Part shown: positions 24,850 to 38,101 of the stretch, in pieces
Position numbering within the stretch: the first letter of the stretch is position 1
Layout: each line of letters opens with the position of its first letter
Assembly: GCA_002269645.1 (NCBI GenBank)
Contig: NIVC01000027.1
Location: 682,001 to 746,000 of the forward strand
DNA: 64,000 bases
Origin: Macrostomum lignano
Taxonomy: Eukaryota
Reading direction: 5' to 3'
The notes under the pieces: model-generated
Seen by the model: the letters and a program-made list of their open reading frames with translations, nothing else
Database searches by the model: none
What the model was told of the DNA's origin: nothing
Translations under genes and position numbers: made by a program

Positions 24850-25095
24850 ATTACACCTGCTGCCCTTATAAGCAGATGTGCAACCGACAGCTCAGCCGCA
24901 GCTATTGCGCGGCGCATCTGAAGGCTGCGTACGGTTGTTCAGTCCAAGGAGTGGGGGGTCGCCCCACATCCTCAATTGACCCAGCTAATGCTGGCACCCA
25001 TTTTACAGCTGGGTGAACTGAAGCAATGCAGAGTTAAGTGTCTTGCTCAAGGACACAGATTGTATTGTTCCTAGTGGGTCGAGAATCGAACCTCC
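24850..25095 (-). mobile_element. tRNA-derived CORE-like SINE (5' truncated)
   Basis: Minus strand has B box GGTTCGATTCT, then TGTGTCCTTGAGCAAGACACTTAACTCTG...TCAGTTCACCCAGCTGTAAAATGGG, which aligns with the MIR CORE consensus (TGTGACCTTGGGCAAGTCACTTAACCTCTCTG..CCTCAGTTTCCTCATCTGTAAAATGGG, from memory). Confidence 0.7.
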
Positions 25096-25644
25096 CCCCC
25101 CCCCCCTACCTTTCATTCGTGAGTCTGACGACGAGAATAACACTTTTTTAACCTTATCTCGAAAAAACTGCATGCTTTTATATGCTCAATAACGAATGCA
25201 AAAAGCAGCCTGCTTCAGACTTATTTGTCATTGACCTATTGACTAAAGACGAAGGACAACAGACAGCATGACGCCGATAAAACTTATCTATTTGTTAGAA
25301 TCGGTAAACAAGTTCAAGTGCTAGCTAGTACTATTTGGACTAATTTCAGTCTTAAATGCCTAAGGCACTGCAGGACATTGTTTTTGCATCCTTTGTTGTT
25401 TGACTAATGTATGCACACTTGATAATATACGATAGAATATAAGCATAAAGTAGATACTGTAATGTTTAATTAGCTGTCTTGCTAAGATAGATATAATAGA
25501 AAAGGACATAAAAAGAGAAATTAGACACTTTGTTGTTTCTGCTTCAAGTACATTGTCTTTATACTGCAAGTTTAAAGGTGTAAACATTCAAGGAGAAAGC
25601 TTCCAAAGTACAACGAGCGTATTAGTCGCTAGAAATGTTTTCAC

Positions 25645-27075
25645 TTAGCAGCGGGCAAAGTACGCATAGCCTCCATGGACGTTGCCCAGGCTGGCAGGTG
25701 GGTAGATAAATCTCAACAGGTGGCACAGGCGCTGCTGGTCAGAGTAGATTACGGCCTGACAGTCAGCAGGCCTCTGCTTGCACTCGATGAGACATTGCGA
25801 TTCAGTTCGAGCAGCGACAGTCCGAAATGTCTGCTCGGATGAGGTAACGGTCTGATTGGGCATCGGTGAACGGAGAAAGTAGTCGCTTTCTGAAACAGAA
25901 AATTCAAGAGGTCATAAAGGAACTCAGGGAGAGATTTAGGGATCGAGGGTTTATTGTCGATTTGCAGTCACATTAATTTGGGGGCTAAATAGGAATCTCT
26001 GCTTGTGCAATCAACACCCTTGAGGAGGGCCAACCCCCAAGGCCGCTGTACACTCCTGTGTGAGTGTTTGCCTGTGCGTATGATTGAATTACGTATCCTT
26101 GCACTTGTGTGCTGCTCTCGCCGGTTGTAGGGACAATGTCGCTTAACCCCGAGGATGCGGGTGGCCTGCTCTGCAGGCCATAGCTCATGGTCTATGGCTT
26201 GCGAATTATTTCGATGCTGTTTCGAAAAATAAGTCTACATAACCGTAGCTTGCGGCTTTGGCCTGCTGAGCAGGCCATGACTTTTTTCTATACAGAAAAC
26301 ATTTTGTAGATCACGGTCAACGAGTTTTTCTACCTGATGTAGTCATTTTTAATAAGAAATTAAATTAAGGTATCCGGATCAAATTGCACTTGAGCAGCCA
26401 TGACAAACACTGTCCAACACTCGGAAAGTATTGCACTAAATAAAGCTGCTGACGATTTAACTAATTAATTGGCACTTGAATTTGATAATTTAGCTTCAAG
26501 CTTTCTTGATTTGATGAATTCCACAATTTTACTGTGTCATTTATACCCACCCACCCGTCCATCCACCCCACTCCACTTTGTTTTTTGCTTTCATGTTTAT
26601 CCTTTACTGCTACGAGTATAAGCTAATCCGCCGGCTATCGCAGGCTACGGGGGTGTAAAAAATATGCCTGTGGACTTATCTGATTTTTTTTCTACGCACT
26701 CACTTGGGTAGGTCAAAGCGAAGACCGAGTTTCGCCAGTAGCCTCCGCACCTCTGCAGCGGGTTTCCATTACACGCCGAACTGCAGTCCGCCTCCATAGC
26801 AGCTCCAAAAGCACCAAACGAATTGCCGCAGAAGCATTCTTGGCTGCTTTGAACTCCGCAGTAAGAAAATCCGCCCCAAGAGCAGAGGCGACCGCATAAC
26901 TCACTGGACATACTAGAGCTGCAGAACTGGTACTTCGAGTCGTATTGGCTTTGCTCATGCCGCTCAGGTCTCTCGCCGATGTGTCGACGAAGCAGCCTTT
27001 GTAGGCCAGCTGGACAACTCTACCTGAAACCAGTTGAAGCAATAGGCTGCACACAACGGCAAATGGAAAGTACAT
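25645..27075 (-). pseudogene. Secreted WSC + PAN/Apple protein copy 3 (inverted), complement(join(25645..25889,26704..27075)), frameshift near 26915-26955
   Basis: MYFPFAVVCSLLLQLVSGRVVQLAYKGCFVD..RD is in one frame and MSSELCGRLC..CFCG..CNGN..CGGYWRNSVFALTYP in another. Exon 1 is 372 nt rather than 3n+1; exon 2 encodes PAN C-x3-C...CQAVIYS.QQRLCHLL. Confidence 0.8.
25965..26140 (+). mobile_element. Internally deleted copy of the tRNA-derived SINE family in the copy 3 intron
   Basis: GCAGTCACATTAATTTGGGGGCT...CCAACCCCCAAGG...CTCTCGCCGGTTG shared with 52371-52730. Confidence 0.75.
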
Positions 27076-27145
27076 CTTGTGACTAAAGCGTTTTTGCTTT
27101 GTTAGTTTCTCCTTGTAAATGTCGCTTCTTTAATGTTTCTTCTTA

Positions 27146-27153
27146 TATTTATA
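27146..27153 (-). promoter_or_regulatory. TATA box of WSC-PAN copy 3
   Basis: TATAAATA on the minus strand about 70 bp upstream of ATG 27075; paralogues have similar boxes. Confidence 0.45.
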
Positions 27154-28589
27154 GATTAGAGATGAGTCTGACAAACGCTCGTAAATGTACATGCACGTGG
27201 GTTGTTTGCATAGCAACGAGCTCTGAGGTGGAGGTAGTTTTCCATCATTGCTATAATTGGCCCAATAGGGCTTGTCATGGCCCAATGGTATGATAGCTCC
27301 GGACTAAATTACATAAGTTTTAAACATCGGAAACAATCCATATTGCATGTAATTATTTTTTGTTTGTTGTCGGCAATAGTTTTTCAGCAAATTAAAGGAC
27401 TAAATTCACCTATTGCACTACTTAATAATTAAAGTAGCACTAACTTTTTGAGGCCAGTTGGTGCTGCCTCAATAGTAGGCCAACTCTGTCAAATTCGAAA
27501 AATGGGCTTTTCTGACAATAACAAAAAAGCAGAACAGCTAGTTGTAAACCCTGCGTGAGTCTTTAAGTAGCAAAAGTTTAAATTCGAGATCCTAAGAAGT
27601 TTCTAAGAAACACTGCAGAAGGTTGCCATGGAAACCTTTGGATTTGTTACCTGCGTTTGAAGTGAGCCGATAAAGTTACTGACTGTGGGCTGATGCCAGA
27701 GTCAGATATTGGTGACTCACTTTCATGTGAATGTGAGACGAGGCGGTCTGTCGTATATTTAGGGTAAAGAATTTGGCAAGAAGAATCAGAATCATCTTGA
27801 GTGACACCAGAGCTGCCAATACCATGTACTGCGATTAATTAAAAATTTCAGAGGAAAGGCCAGAATCCAGGTACACATGGTCAGACTGGAGCTCCTTAGC
27901 TGCCAGCAAGGACGCATTGGGCTAAAACAGAGCAAACTTAGCATGCGAACTTGGAAAATTTTATTTGAAGCACGTGGACTTTTTAATCTGTCTTGATGTG
28001 TAGATTGGCTGGCCAATCGCTGTTAGCGAGGCCGGGGGGCTTGTCGTCGCCCATGTTTCGGGGTAGAAAGCCGAAAAATTAATTGCTGATTCGAAATCCA
28101 TATTTTCATTTTGCTGCGTACGATTGACTAATACTATTTCTATCCAATGTTATGTGATGCAAAAGCAGACAGCAATGTCGTTTTTTTACTTAGTTTATTA
28201 TAATTTTTGTTTTAATTGAGGACACTAAAGAACTGCAGTATGATAAAACTGCTTATATAAAACTGCGCCCTGAAAGTGCAGCGTATTGAGCTGCTCGTCG
28301 ACTCCTCTGATGTCACCCTACAATAGCAACAGAATACGCAGGTTAGCGTCACAGGGCGCGCTTTAAGGCCAGGTCGCAGGTGAACGCCAGCAGGCAGTCG
28401 GCGAAACTGCCACAATCACCTATACTTACGCTCGTAGGTTCCGTTTCCCCATCCTCCACTCAGCTTCCGTTTCCCCATCCTCCACTCAGCTTCCGGGTCC
28501 CCACCCTCTACTCAGCTTCCGGTTCCCCATCGCCTACTCAGCCTTCCGGGTTCCCAACCTCCACTCAGCTTCTGGGTCCCCATCACCGC

Positions 28590-28990
28590 CGCCGGACTCC
28601 CAGATGAAGCCTCAAATGCTTCACTCACAGCCGCTCCCGGACTCCCAGATGAAGCCTCAAATGCTTCACTCACAGCAGCTCCCGGACTCCCAGATGAAGC
28701 CTCAAATGCTTCACTCACAGCCGCTCCCGGACTCCCAGATGAAGCCTGAAATGCTTCACTCACAGCCGCTCCTGAACTCCCAGATGAAGCCTGAAATGCT
28801 TCACTCACAGCCGCTCCCGGACCCTCAGATGAAGCCTGAAATGCTTCACTCACAGCCGCTCCTGAACTCCCAGATGAAGCCTCAAATGCTTCACTCACAG
28901 CCGCTCCCGGACCCTCAGATAAAGCTTCAAATGCCTCACTCAGCCGCTCCCGGACTCTCAGATGAAGCCTCAAATGCCTCACTCACAGCC
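28590..28990. repeat. 45-bp minisatellite (CAGATGAAGCCTCAAATGCTTCACTCACAGCCGCTCCCGGACTCC), about 9 copies
   Basis: Direct repeats giving 15-aa periodic ORFs on both strands. Confidence 0.92.
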
Positions 28991-29807
28991 AAGGCAATGC
29001 TGCCGAGACCGAGTGAAGAACTGCGGTGTGGATGTGCGCAAGGGTCTCAGCTCAGACCAGGGTCAGATATTGATGACTCACTCTGCAGTGACTGTGGGCT
29101 GAGGCGCTCTGTCGTATATTGAGGATTAAAAAATAGGTAAGAAAAATGGCCCAAAACTGTGGCCCCATAAGTAAAATGGCCCCATAAGAAACTGGTCCCT
29201 CTCACCCACCCCAGCTCGATCGATATGTGGTACAGGGCGGGCCTCTTTTCCATTGTGCTCCTATTGGACACATGCAATTGAGAAAAAAATTTTCTAATTT
29301 TTCACATAAAACGCGTCAACGCCACGAAAATCTTTCTCAAATACGATGGACGATGGATGCGGAAGCTAGACAAACTGTCTCACGTATTCGTAATCGTATG
29401 CCTTAGAACTGTAATCGTGCAACGTGGAAGCAAATCGCCGAACTTCTAGGAGGAAATTTTTTATCCTCTTGTTTTTGGTTGGCACTAGAAGATCTCCTTC
29501 TACTCTTGAATCATAATTAAATACATTGACACATACTGGCCAAACAGGCTTCTTGCCTGAGCCAACTTACTACAACTACTACTATTACTACTACTACTCA
29601 TCCGACACTAAGAGAAAAGAATCCCTGTACACCTGTTTGTAGAATTTGCGAAGCAGTGCGCTCGTATTGGAGCATTTGATGACCACTAAACTCCAAACTG
29701 ACGGCCAAGAAAGGGCCACATGTGGGGCAGGGTTGAGGACAAAAGTTCAAGCGCAGAGGCGGGTCATGGCTTGAGCAAGTCGCAACTGGCGTGGGCTCGC
29801 ATACAAG

Positions 29808-30001
29808 CAGCCGTATGCAGAAAGCTCTGTCTAGGGTAGTCCGGTCTTGAAAAGCTAGTCTGCACTTGGATTTGGTATGCAGAAATGCAAAGTTAGACCG
29901 GTCTACTTTAGACAGAACTAGGGTAGCTGGACCATAGACTATAGACTGAACTACCCAAGTCCGGACTAGCTAGTCTGGACTAAGCTTTCTGCATACGGCC
30001 C
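29808..30001. mobile_element. PIF/Harbinger-like MITE
   Basis: 17-bp TIR GCCGTATGCAGAAAGCT (29810-29826, 29983-29999); possible 3-bp TSD AAG. Confidence 0.55.
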
Positions 30002-30618
30002 AAGATGTCAGTCATCTTTTTGACTAGTAAAGCTGGTTTGCCCCGAAAAACTACACTTTCTCGTGGCTGTTCGAGCACATTTGCTAGTGCTGTGAATTTT
30101 AATAGTTATAGACTCAATCAAATTCTCCCACATCAAAAGAATCGGAAATGTTGTATTCCAAGAAAGGTATAAAACATTACAGCTAAGATTTTATTCTGTT
30201 TAAGAAGCTGCCAGTCAAGAATAAAGCCTTTGTTTCTGCTACCATAAAGTCAGAAAAAAGCCAGCTGTTCAGCTTTATTGATCATTGAGTCTAGTGAAGC
30301 CCTGACAACTGAAAGGGTGTGTGCAAGGATGCGATGCAAATTGGGCGGCCTAAACGCGGCTTAAACGCTTCGATTAATGATTGACATGAGGGAGTAGTTT
30401 TATGGCCATAATTCTTCTGCAAGTAGCAAAAAACTCAATAAAACTAAACTTGGGATTCGTTTTTCCCAAGTTATTCTCAAAAAATAGTTTGGCAACTATT
30501 TCTATTCGAATTGGCGCAGTTCGGTTCAAGCCTGGATTTATAGAGACGATGAAAATCATCTCAGATTATCTACTGCCATGCTTGATGTCACGCTGGTACA
30601 ACTAACTATGTACCTATA

Positions 30619-30800
30619 TCAGGGGTGGGAAATCTCCGGCCCGTGGGATACATGCGACACTCGGGTCCTTTGAACCTTCAGAATGGCAATCCGATCTGCT
30701 CGAGGTTTGTGTCTCTTCTCAGCTCTCTTCTCTCCTCTCCAATCTCCGCTCTCCTCTTCGCTCTCCTTTCCACTCTCCTATCTGAAGAGCGGAGTTGGTC
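30619..30800 (-). mobile_element. One-ended fragment of the hAT-type MITE family
   Basis: CAGGGGTGGGAAATCTCCGGCCCG...GGGTCCTTTGAACCTTCAG...GCAATCC...TCTCTTCTCAGC matches the reverse complement of 17390-17508. Confidence 0.6.
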
Positions 30801-30960
30801 TAACCAACACCATTCAGGTAGCTGACTAAGTTATAGAGACCCATGCGATACTGAGATACAAATCCTGCATGCTAATATGGCTACTAATAGTATTAGCGCA
30901 TTCATCACACTTCTATATTATAACTTTGAGGATCGTTTACATATTGCATTGGAGGCTAAG

Positions 30961-30969
30961 TATATAAAA
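30961..30969 (+). promoter_or_regulatory. TATA box of WSC-PAN copy 4
   Basis: TATATAAAA about 50 bp before ATG 31015; same spacing in copy 5. Confidence 0.6.
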
Positions 30970-31014
30970 AGAGAGGGAAAACGCGAAATACCTTCTCGAG
31001 AACCGTCACGCGCA

Positions 31015-31908
31015 ATGCTCCAGAAGCGTTTTTTCTTGCTCATCGCCTACTTTGCTCTCCTGCTGACCTGCGCGGTCCGTGGCAGAGTGTTTCGAGTTTC
31101 CTACATTGGCTGCTTTGTTGACGAGTCTGACAGAGACCTGAATGGGCTGACGGGAATCGACAGAATCGGTGCTAAAGCCGTTGACAATAAGCGCACAGAA
31201 AAGTCGGACATGACTGTCGAGTTCTGTGGTGGCTTCTGCTCTCTTGGGGGCTTCCCGTACTTTGGAGTGCAGGACAAGAAAGAGTGCTTCTGCGGAAGGT
31301 CCTACGGCCGTTTCGGAATATCCGATGAAGCCGATTGCAAATTGCCTTGCTCGGGAAACTCGAGTCAGGTGTGCGGAGGCCGTTGGCGCAACTCGGTGTT
31401 CGCCCTGACCTACCCCAGTGAGTGTTTAATGGATGTGTTCTTGAGTTCATAAAGATTGACTGTAAGCAAATATGTAATGTTCCTTTTCAAATGATCTAAC
31501 ATTATATTTGACAAAATAAATTGCCTCAAACATTTAAATCGCCTCTGCTTTCAGAAAATCAGTCATAAAATATACTGTCAATGCAACTGCAAACCCATGC
31601 ATCGTAAATGTTTTGCATCGACGTAAGTATCATGTACGAGCTATGCTGGTGTCACCATTTATTTTATTCCAGAGTTGAGATGCTTCAAGCAGTCGCCGAT
31701 GCCCAGCCTCACGGTCTCGTCGACCCTGCCGACCTCCTGGAGCCTCGCCGCCCAAACAGCTCTGGACTGCCTGATCCCGTGCGAGGCCTCTGCTGACTGC
31801 CAGGCAGTGATTTTCTCTGGCCAGCAGCGCCTGTGCCACCTGCTGAGGTTCGCCTACCCGCCTGCCAGTCTGAGCAGCACCGATGGAGACTTCTTCCTGC
31901 GTGGATGA
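31015..31908 (+). CDS. Secreted WSC + PAN/Apple protein copy 4 (intact), join(31015..31417,31673..31908), 212 aa
   Basis: Signal peptide MLQKRFFLLIAYFALLLTCAVRG; complete WSC (GCF.D, C-x3-C, YFGVQ..ECFCG, C..PCSGN..QVCGG.WRNSVF); GTGAGT donor; TTCCAG acceptor; PAN exon ending DFFLRG*. Confidence 0.9.
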
Positions 31909-32899
31909 AGCGCTTACTGAATAACCGATTGGCATCACTTATCAAAACCGGATTTTCTTAGACAAGCTTTAAACATATTTTTAACTATACGAGCTTAAAA
32001 TCTGTGGCTTTACCTATTGTGGCTCACTGTGCTGCAATCAAGTAGATTAAAAAGAAAAATTAAAAAAGAAATTGAAAATAAATTTGGTGATGATTAGAAA
32101 TGTAAGAACTTCACAGCTGTATGTTAAGCCTAATTGGCGTGTATAGTATGCTTCATTTCGCGTTTTTCAGCCTAAAATACTGAGTGACAGTTCGTCAGAC
32201 GTCATAAGTTCCTTTCGATGGAAAGGGCATTCGCAGAGTGTGTGCGACTGGCTCAACCGATACATCAGGAGATTAAGTGCTGGAAAGGGCGCTATTTACA
32301 CGCAAATCGCTACAGTAGGTTAAGAAGCCGTCTCCCTCATCAGCGCGAGCAGGTGCTTTGTGCAGCTTGCCTGTCTGAATTAAACTTGCCAGTTTAAAGA
32401 GAATCGTAAGCTAGTGGAAATATCCAAGTCTATGGACACTTTGACTAGAAACTCTAGTGGAAGGAGATGTGCAAGCTCATATTTCAACTGCCTACTATTT
32501 GGCATCTCTAGTTCTCATTTAGCTCAGCATTCCTACATGTAGCTCCAAGACTGCATCAGAAGTGGGTAGCTGTTTAGTTTAGCACAGTATACTCAACGCG
32601 TCTTCTTGTCTGCCAACCCGAATTCTGAATTCAGGAATGTCATGCTTTCGTATGCAGGAAATACGGCTGGCATATCAGCTGGAACTCTTTGAGTTCCACC
32701 ACGCATCCAATAATTTCTATTGAAAGCAAAAATCGAGAAATTTCTATTTCGGCTCTAAACCACGAGGGACACTGTGAAAAGGAAGAATTGTGCGTACAAA
32801 TTCTCTAGTTAGCCTCTCCAAAAGACAACTGCACCATTTGGCGATAGACAATGAGCAGCAAGTACTCGTATATGCTTATCAAGGCTGCCAATTCGAGTT

Positions 32900-33300
32900 T
32901 ACCTTGAGTTTTTCTCTATTAAATCAAGATTTCAGTGCGCAGCATCCGGATGCCCTAACTATGCCCACAAGTGCCCTCTTGACGACACCCGATTTTATCT
33001 ATTTCCGTTTAACCGTGAGAATCGAGTAGTCAATTAACATTGCAAACAAGCAGCGCGCCTATATTAGGGCTGGCTGCTTTTCAAGCTCTTCAAATCCGCG
33101 CGTAAAAGTGCAAGGAGTGTCAGCCGGCATCGAAAGGCGATGGTTTGGAAGAGACGCCCTTCTTGAACCTGAAGAATTGGCAAGGTGGAACAGGAAGCCT
33201 GATCGATAATCCTCAATAAAGCAGTCATATCTGCAGTCGGACAGATGGAGCGCACCTTCATGACAGCAAAGCTGTTTGTTCTGAAGTGGGATGAGTCAAC
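32900..33300 (+). mobile_element. Possible P-element/THAP9-like transposase C-terminal remnant
   Basis: Broken frames LY*GWLLFKLFKS..CKEC...FLNLKNWQGG..LI resemble the YxAGYxxxKL..CxxC..K.RGGL..PS region; weak, many stops. Confidence 0.25.
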
Positions 33301-33383
33301 AACTTCAAGAGAAGTTCTTTTCCGTTGTTCTTGCTCTATTTATCTATCGTTAGGATTCATATTTGATCTCAGTGATAGTTGGC

Positions 33384-33923
<540 letters not shown>

Positions 33924-34509
33924 ACTAAAGCCCGTGCATTTTCTACCTGCGCAATGAATTTTCCGTTTTAAAGTTTCAGATGCATCTAGCTAACTGTAAT
34001 AATACAGAATATTCTTTTCTTGAATCCTGGTTATTGTACGAAACAATAATATTCTATTCCGCGTGCCTATTGATATGAATGTGTCATTTCAGAAAAAATA
34101 CCGATGCGCTTTTAAATGATGTCATGCCATGCACACTGAGAGAGTTCTCACCTAAAATGTTGCGATTTGGCGGTGATAATTAAATTAGCTCGCAGATATC
34201 ATCAGTGCATGTCAATGATATTTATTGTACAAGTAAAACAGTCAAAGCTGTAACTTAATAGAACATTGATTTACATATAGAGTAGCTTATGCTAATAAGC
34301 TGCGACATTGTTGTTTGCACTGTATAATTCGAAACATTTTCCAGCAAAGTTCTACTTGCGTTGCTTCTAGTTGATTGTTTGCGTCAGATCTGAAAAGCTG
34401 TCATTCACTCGAATACACGAATCCACGGTGCGCTGACAAATCGGAAAAAAACGTTGGCATGTTACCTGACTCTGAACAAGCAATCTTCCGGAAGTTACGA
34501 AAGTTAGTA

Positions 34510-34554
<45 letters not shown>

Positions 34555-34898
34555 GTTAGTTTTGGACCCATACCTTTATGTTGTGAAAGCTTCATTTAAC
34601 GCATTCTCATGCCTATCTGCTCCTCATCAGACACCTGGGCGAGCTGCTTTATCCCAACCCTCACCGTGTTTTTTCCCATAGAGTTTTACCCACAGTTTGC
34701 TCCTCTTTGATCTCCGGTTTCGTAACTTCCGGAAGATAGCTTGTTCAGAGTCAGGTAACATGCCAACGTTTTTTTCCGATTTTTCAGCGCACCGTGGTTT
34801 AGAGTTGGACACGCAGTCGGCACTACTCAAAGCAGCAGTAGATGAAGGAAGTCAATAAAAAGTTTGATTCGCGCCCAAAAAGCCTTATACGGCTGGAG

Positions 34899-34906
34899 TA
34901 TATAAA
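34899..34906 (+). promoter_or_regulatory. TATA box of WSC-PAN copy 5
   Basis: TATATAAA about 55 bp before ATG 34958. Confidence 0.55.
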
Positions 34907-34957
34907 GGCAGTGACAAAAGATTTCGAAGCTCTTTACTAAGAGACGAAGAGACGAAG

Positions 34958-35361
34958 ATGTCTCCTCTTAGCAGTCGCCCAGCAGTCTTGGCAGCAGCCT
35001 GCTGCTCTCTCCTGCTCGTCATTGGCGTCACCGCTGCTCGAGTCATTCAGGTCTCCTACATTGGCTGCTTCAAGGACAACAGCGCCAGGGACATGAGAGG
35101 CTTATCGGGAATCAACAGCGTCGGCGAAATCTCCATTTCGGATCCAAGAGTGTTGAGCCGCAGCACGAGTCGGGAGTTCTGCAGCAGCTTCTGCGCAATT
35201 GGCGGCTTCCCGTACTTCGGGTTGCAGAACGCAAAGGCCTGTTTCTGCAGCTGGGACTTGCCAAAGAAAGCGACTGCAACATGATTTGCAACGGAAACTC
35301 AAGCCAGATGTGTGGAGGCCCTTGGCGAAATTCGGTGTTCGCTCTGACGTACCCGATCCGA
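34958..35361 (+). pseudogene. WSC-PAN copy 5, exon 1 only, with frameshifting deletion near 35250
   Basis: Signal peptide + YIGCFKD..RD...FC..FC..YFGLQNAKACFC; the YGRYG segment is missing and the frame shifts to ESDCNMICNGNSSQMCGGPWRNSVFALTYP; GTGAGT donor at 35362. No PAN exon found downstream. Confidence 0.8.
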
Positions 35362-36476
35362 GTGAGTTTATCTTGCACTCGGATTGCAGTTAGTCAGAAT
35401 TGATGTCTCATTCCTTGTAACCACTCAAGCAGTCAAGTGATGAATTAGAAACATAAGTTCATTAGAAAATACATCAATGATCAGTTACTGTTTAGGCCTT
35501 ACTTGAATATTAAATGTGTAGTAAGACACTAGATTAACTGTTAGGTGTCTCCCTCTAGTCAGCAGCTTCCGTTGCCGCTGGGCACGGCTCCACTTTTCTG
35601 TCTGCCTCCTCCCTGCTTGCCCCATCCGCTCTTTGTTCTGTTTTGCAGCCACTGAGCAGCTTGGCCTGTGTTCGTTTTCTTTTGCTGTTGCTTTTTTTCT
35701 TTTTCTGTTCTCTTCGTTCTGCGTGCAGCGGCCTCACTGGGTGGCTTCACTAGCAGCTCGCCTTTTCTCTTCTGTTTTCTCGGAGTCCAAAGTGCAGTAA
35801 ACACCGCTACTGCACAGATTGGTCCATGCTTACGAATGAACTCACTTGCCCGGCACCTTTGCCGTCTTTTAGGCAAACATTGACGTCATTGCTAAAAATA
35901 GATACCGCATCACGCGATATCTTGTGTGCTCTGGCGCAATGTGGTTATTTAAGTAAGGCTTTAAGTGCGGACCCCTCAGCCGTGTTTCCGTCACACCTTC
36001 AAATTGTTCAAGTCTCCAAACTCTCTGAGTTTCGTAATTTGCCTCAATTTCTGACAATAGCATTGTTCTGAATCAGTTATCATCCTAAACCCAGAAGACC
36101 ATTGAGTCGCTCTGAGACTAACACCACAATCCTTAGTCGTCCCACTGAGCCCGGTGGTGATTAGTTGTTGGAGTCGTAAATTTGCACGAAGTGCTGTGTC
36201 CGTCCGCCTTGCTTATTTCGTTCCAACGGGATCCTCGCTTCACCGAAGACTGAGACCTGAAGGGACAGGTGGCAGCAACTACCGCCGCTATCGCTATTAT
36301 TGAGGGCTCCCTTACTTTTGCTTGATATGCCTCCTTGCTTACACAGTTGAAAAGAGGATCCAGAACTGGTTCGTGGTCAGGTCCATCTACGGTGGCAGCG
36401 AGCTCATTAAGCGGGTTGCAGGGTGCATGCAGGCTGCGGTAGTTCGTGGTCCGGTCCGGTTCAGTAAGAAGGGCAC

Positions 36477-36876
36477 TCAAATCGATTTTAGGAGTTGCAG
36501 TGCAGATGCAGCAGTCATTGTCCTCCTCTTTTCCTGCGCAGGTTGCAGACGGCTTGGAAAGGCAGGAAAAATAGATGGAATCGCTCCTGGATACAGCCGT
36601 CTTTTGCACATTTGCTGAGAGGCATTAAATTGCTCAACGAAGCACGAACCACGATGGAGAGAAGTGCTCGGAGCAAATTCTTGATGATGATGACGGCTGA
36701 AAGCCTTCTCGATGAATTGCCGCGATCCATTTTTGCCTCAGCTCATTGTCCTCCGGAAAGGAGTGAAAGGATACTCCAGTCGTCACTGACTTGCTTGAGC
36801 AGCCAAAAGCACAGCAATAGCTGCCACACTTTCTGGCGCTCTTCTCTTTTTTCGATACGCTAGAAGCTGGCTGCAT
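36477..36876 (-). pseudogene. THAP zinc-finger domain, frameshifted (transposon-derived or host THAP remnant)
   Basis: YCCAFGC...SFHSFP...RQKWI......RICSEHF, then after a probable 7-nt duplication RLYPGAIPSIF, the canonical THAP C2CH and AVPSIF-box pattern. Confidence 0.8.
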
Positions 36877-37739
36877 TGACAAGAATGCTTATTAATTGAG
36901 TTTTTGCGGGATATTTTTGCAAGGAAATATTTATTTTGCCTCCCTGAGGTTTTAAAACTCTTTATAGTGAGTAAATTTCAAGCACTGGCCCGCCTGAAAA
37001 ATGAGACAGTCCCATTTTTTGTACAACATATCGAACGAAGTGGGCTTTGGGGAAAGGACCATTTTTGTGTTGCTTTTTTGTCCCACAACGCGCCTGGGCA
37101 GGCCCCCGAGATTCGCAGTCTATATTCCATATGGTCTGTGGGGGACACATGGTCAGACTGGAGCTCCTTAGCTGCCAGCAAGGGGCGCATTTCACTCAAG
37201 CAGAATAGAAGTTTGGGATGCTGACTTTCAGTTAAATATAATTATAAAAGAGAATTACAAACAAAAGGGGTTTGCACTACTAAGAGTTGGCAGCAAAGTA
37301 AAAGACCTACAGGAGCTGAAACTCAGGAAAGAAGACATCCAGCAAGTTAACGCGAGAAAAACGACATTGGAAATGTAAAATCGTTGCGACACGCTCAGCA
37401 TTTTGTCAATGCAGCTTGAAGAACTCAGGTGAGCATGAGAATCTCCAGCTGCTTGAAGCTTTATAAATAAACATCAGAGACGTTTTCGGGTCTGTTGCAA
37501 ATCCAAAAAATGCCCTTGGCTCGGTCTGGAACTGGCAAGTTCAGCGCCGTCGGGTAGTTGAAGTACTTGCCGAACGGACCGGAGAGTTGATTAAGCAGCT
37601 GCTCCATCCGCGGTCTCGAGTGGTGAATTGAATGTTCGATGTTCTAAACAGACAGTCCCCAAGGCCTCCAGCAGGTGCGTAGGTGTAAGCAGAACGCGTG
37701 TACGAGCTAGTTGGTGCTCTCGGTCTGACTGAGCACGTT

Positions 37740-38101
37740 TTTTTTTAGAGGCAGGGGGGGTTGTGTGCACCCTGGCGCAATTTAAGCGTCATTGGCACAC
37801 AACCGGCGAGAGGCATTGCTGCCCATTCCGCCGACTCCCCTGAGCAGGCACACAAGCGCGCGGATACGTACGCAGGCACACACTCACACAGGAGTGTACA
37901 GCAGCCCTAACTTTATTTTATCGTTAGGCATGTACACTTCACTGCGCCTTGAGGGGGGTTGGCTCTCAAGGCCGTTAATTGCACAAGCGAGCCAAGCCAA
38001 GATTCCAATCCAGCCCCAAATTAATGTGGCTGCATTGGAATCGAGCCTGGGTCGCGGCACACCAGAGCAGCTGCGCTACCGCTGGGCTACGGCCCCCCGA
38101 A
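37740..38101 (-). mobile_element. Full-length tRNA-derived SINE with 10-bp TSD TGAGCACGTT
   Basis: Head GGGGGGCCGTAGCCCAGCGG (A box) ... GGCTCGATTCC (B box), A-tail; TSD at 37730-37739 and 38102-38111. Confidence 0.9.

Noticed and set aside
37280-37600. Minus-strand coding-like stretch MEQLLNQLSGPFGKYFNYP... (49 codons)
   Set aside because: Short, followed by several stops, no recognisable domain.
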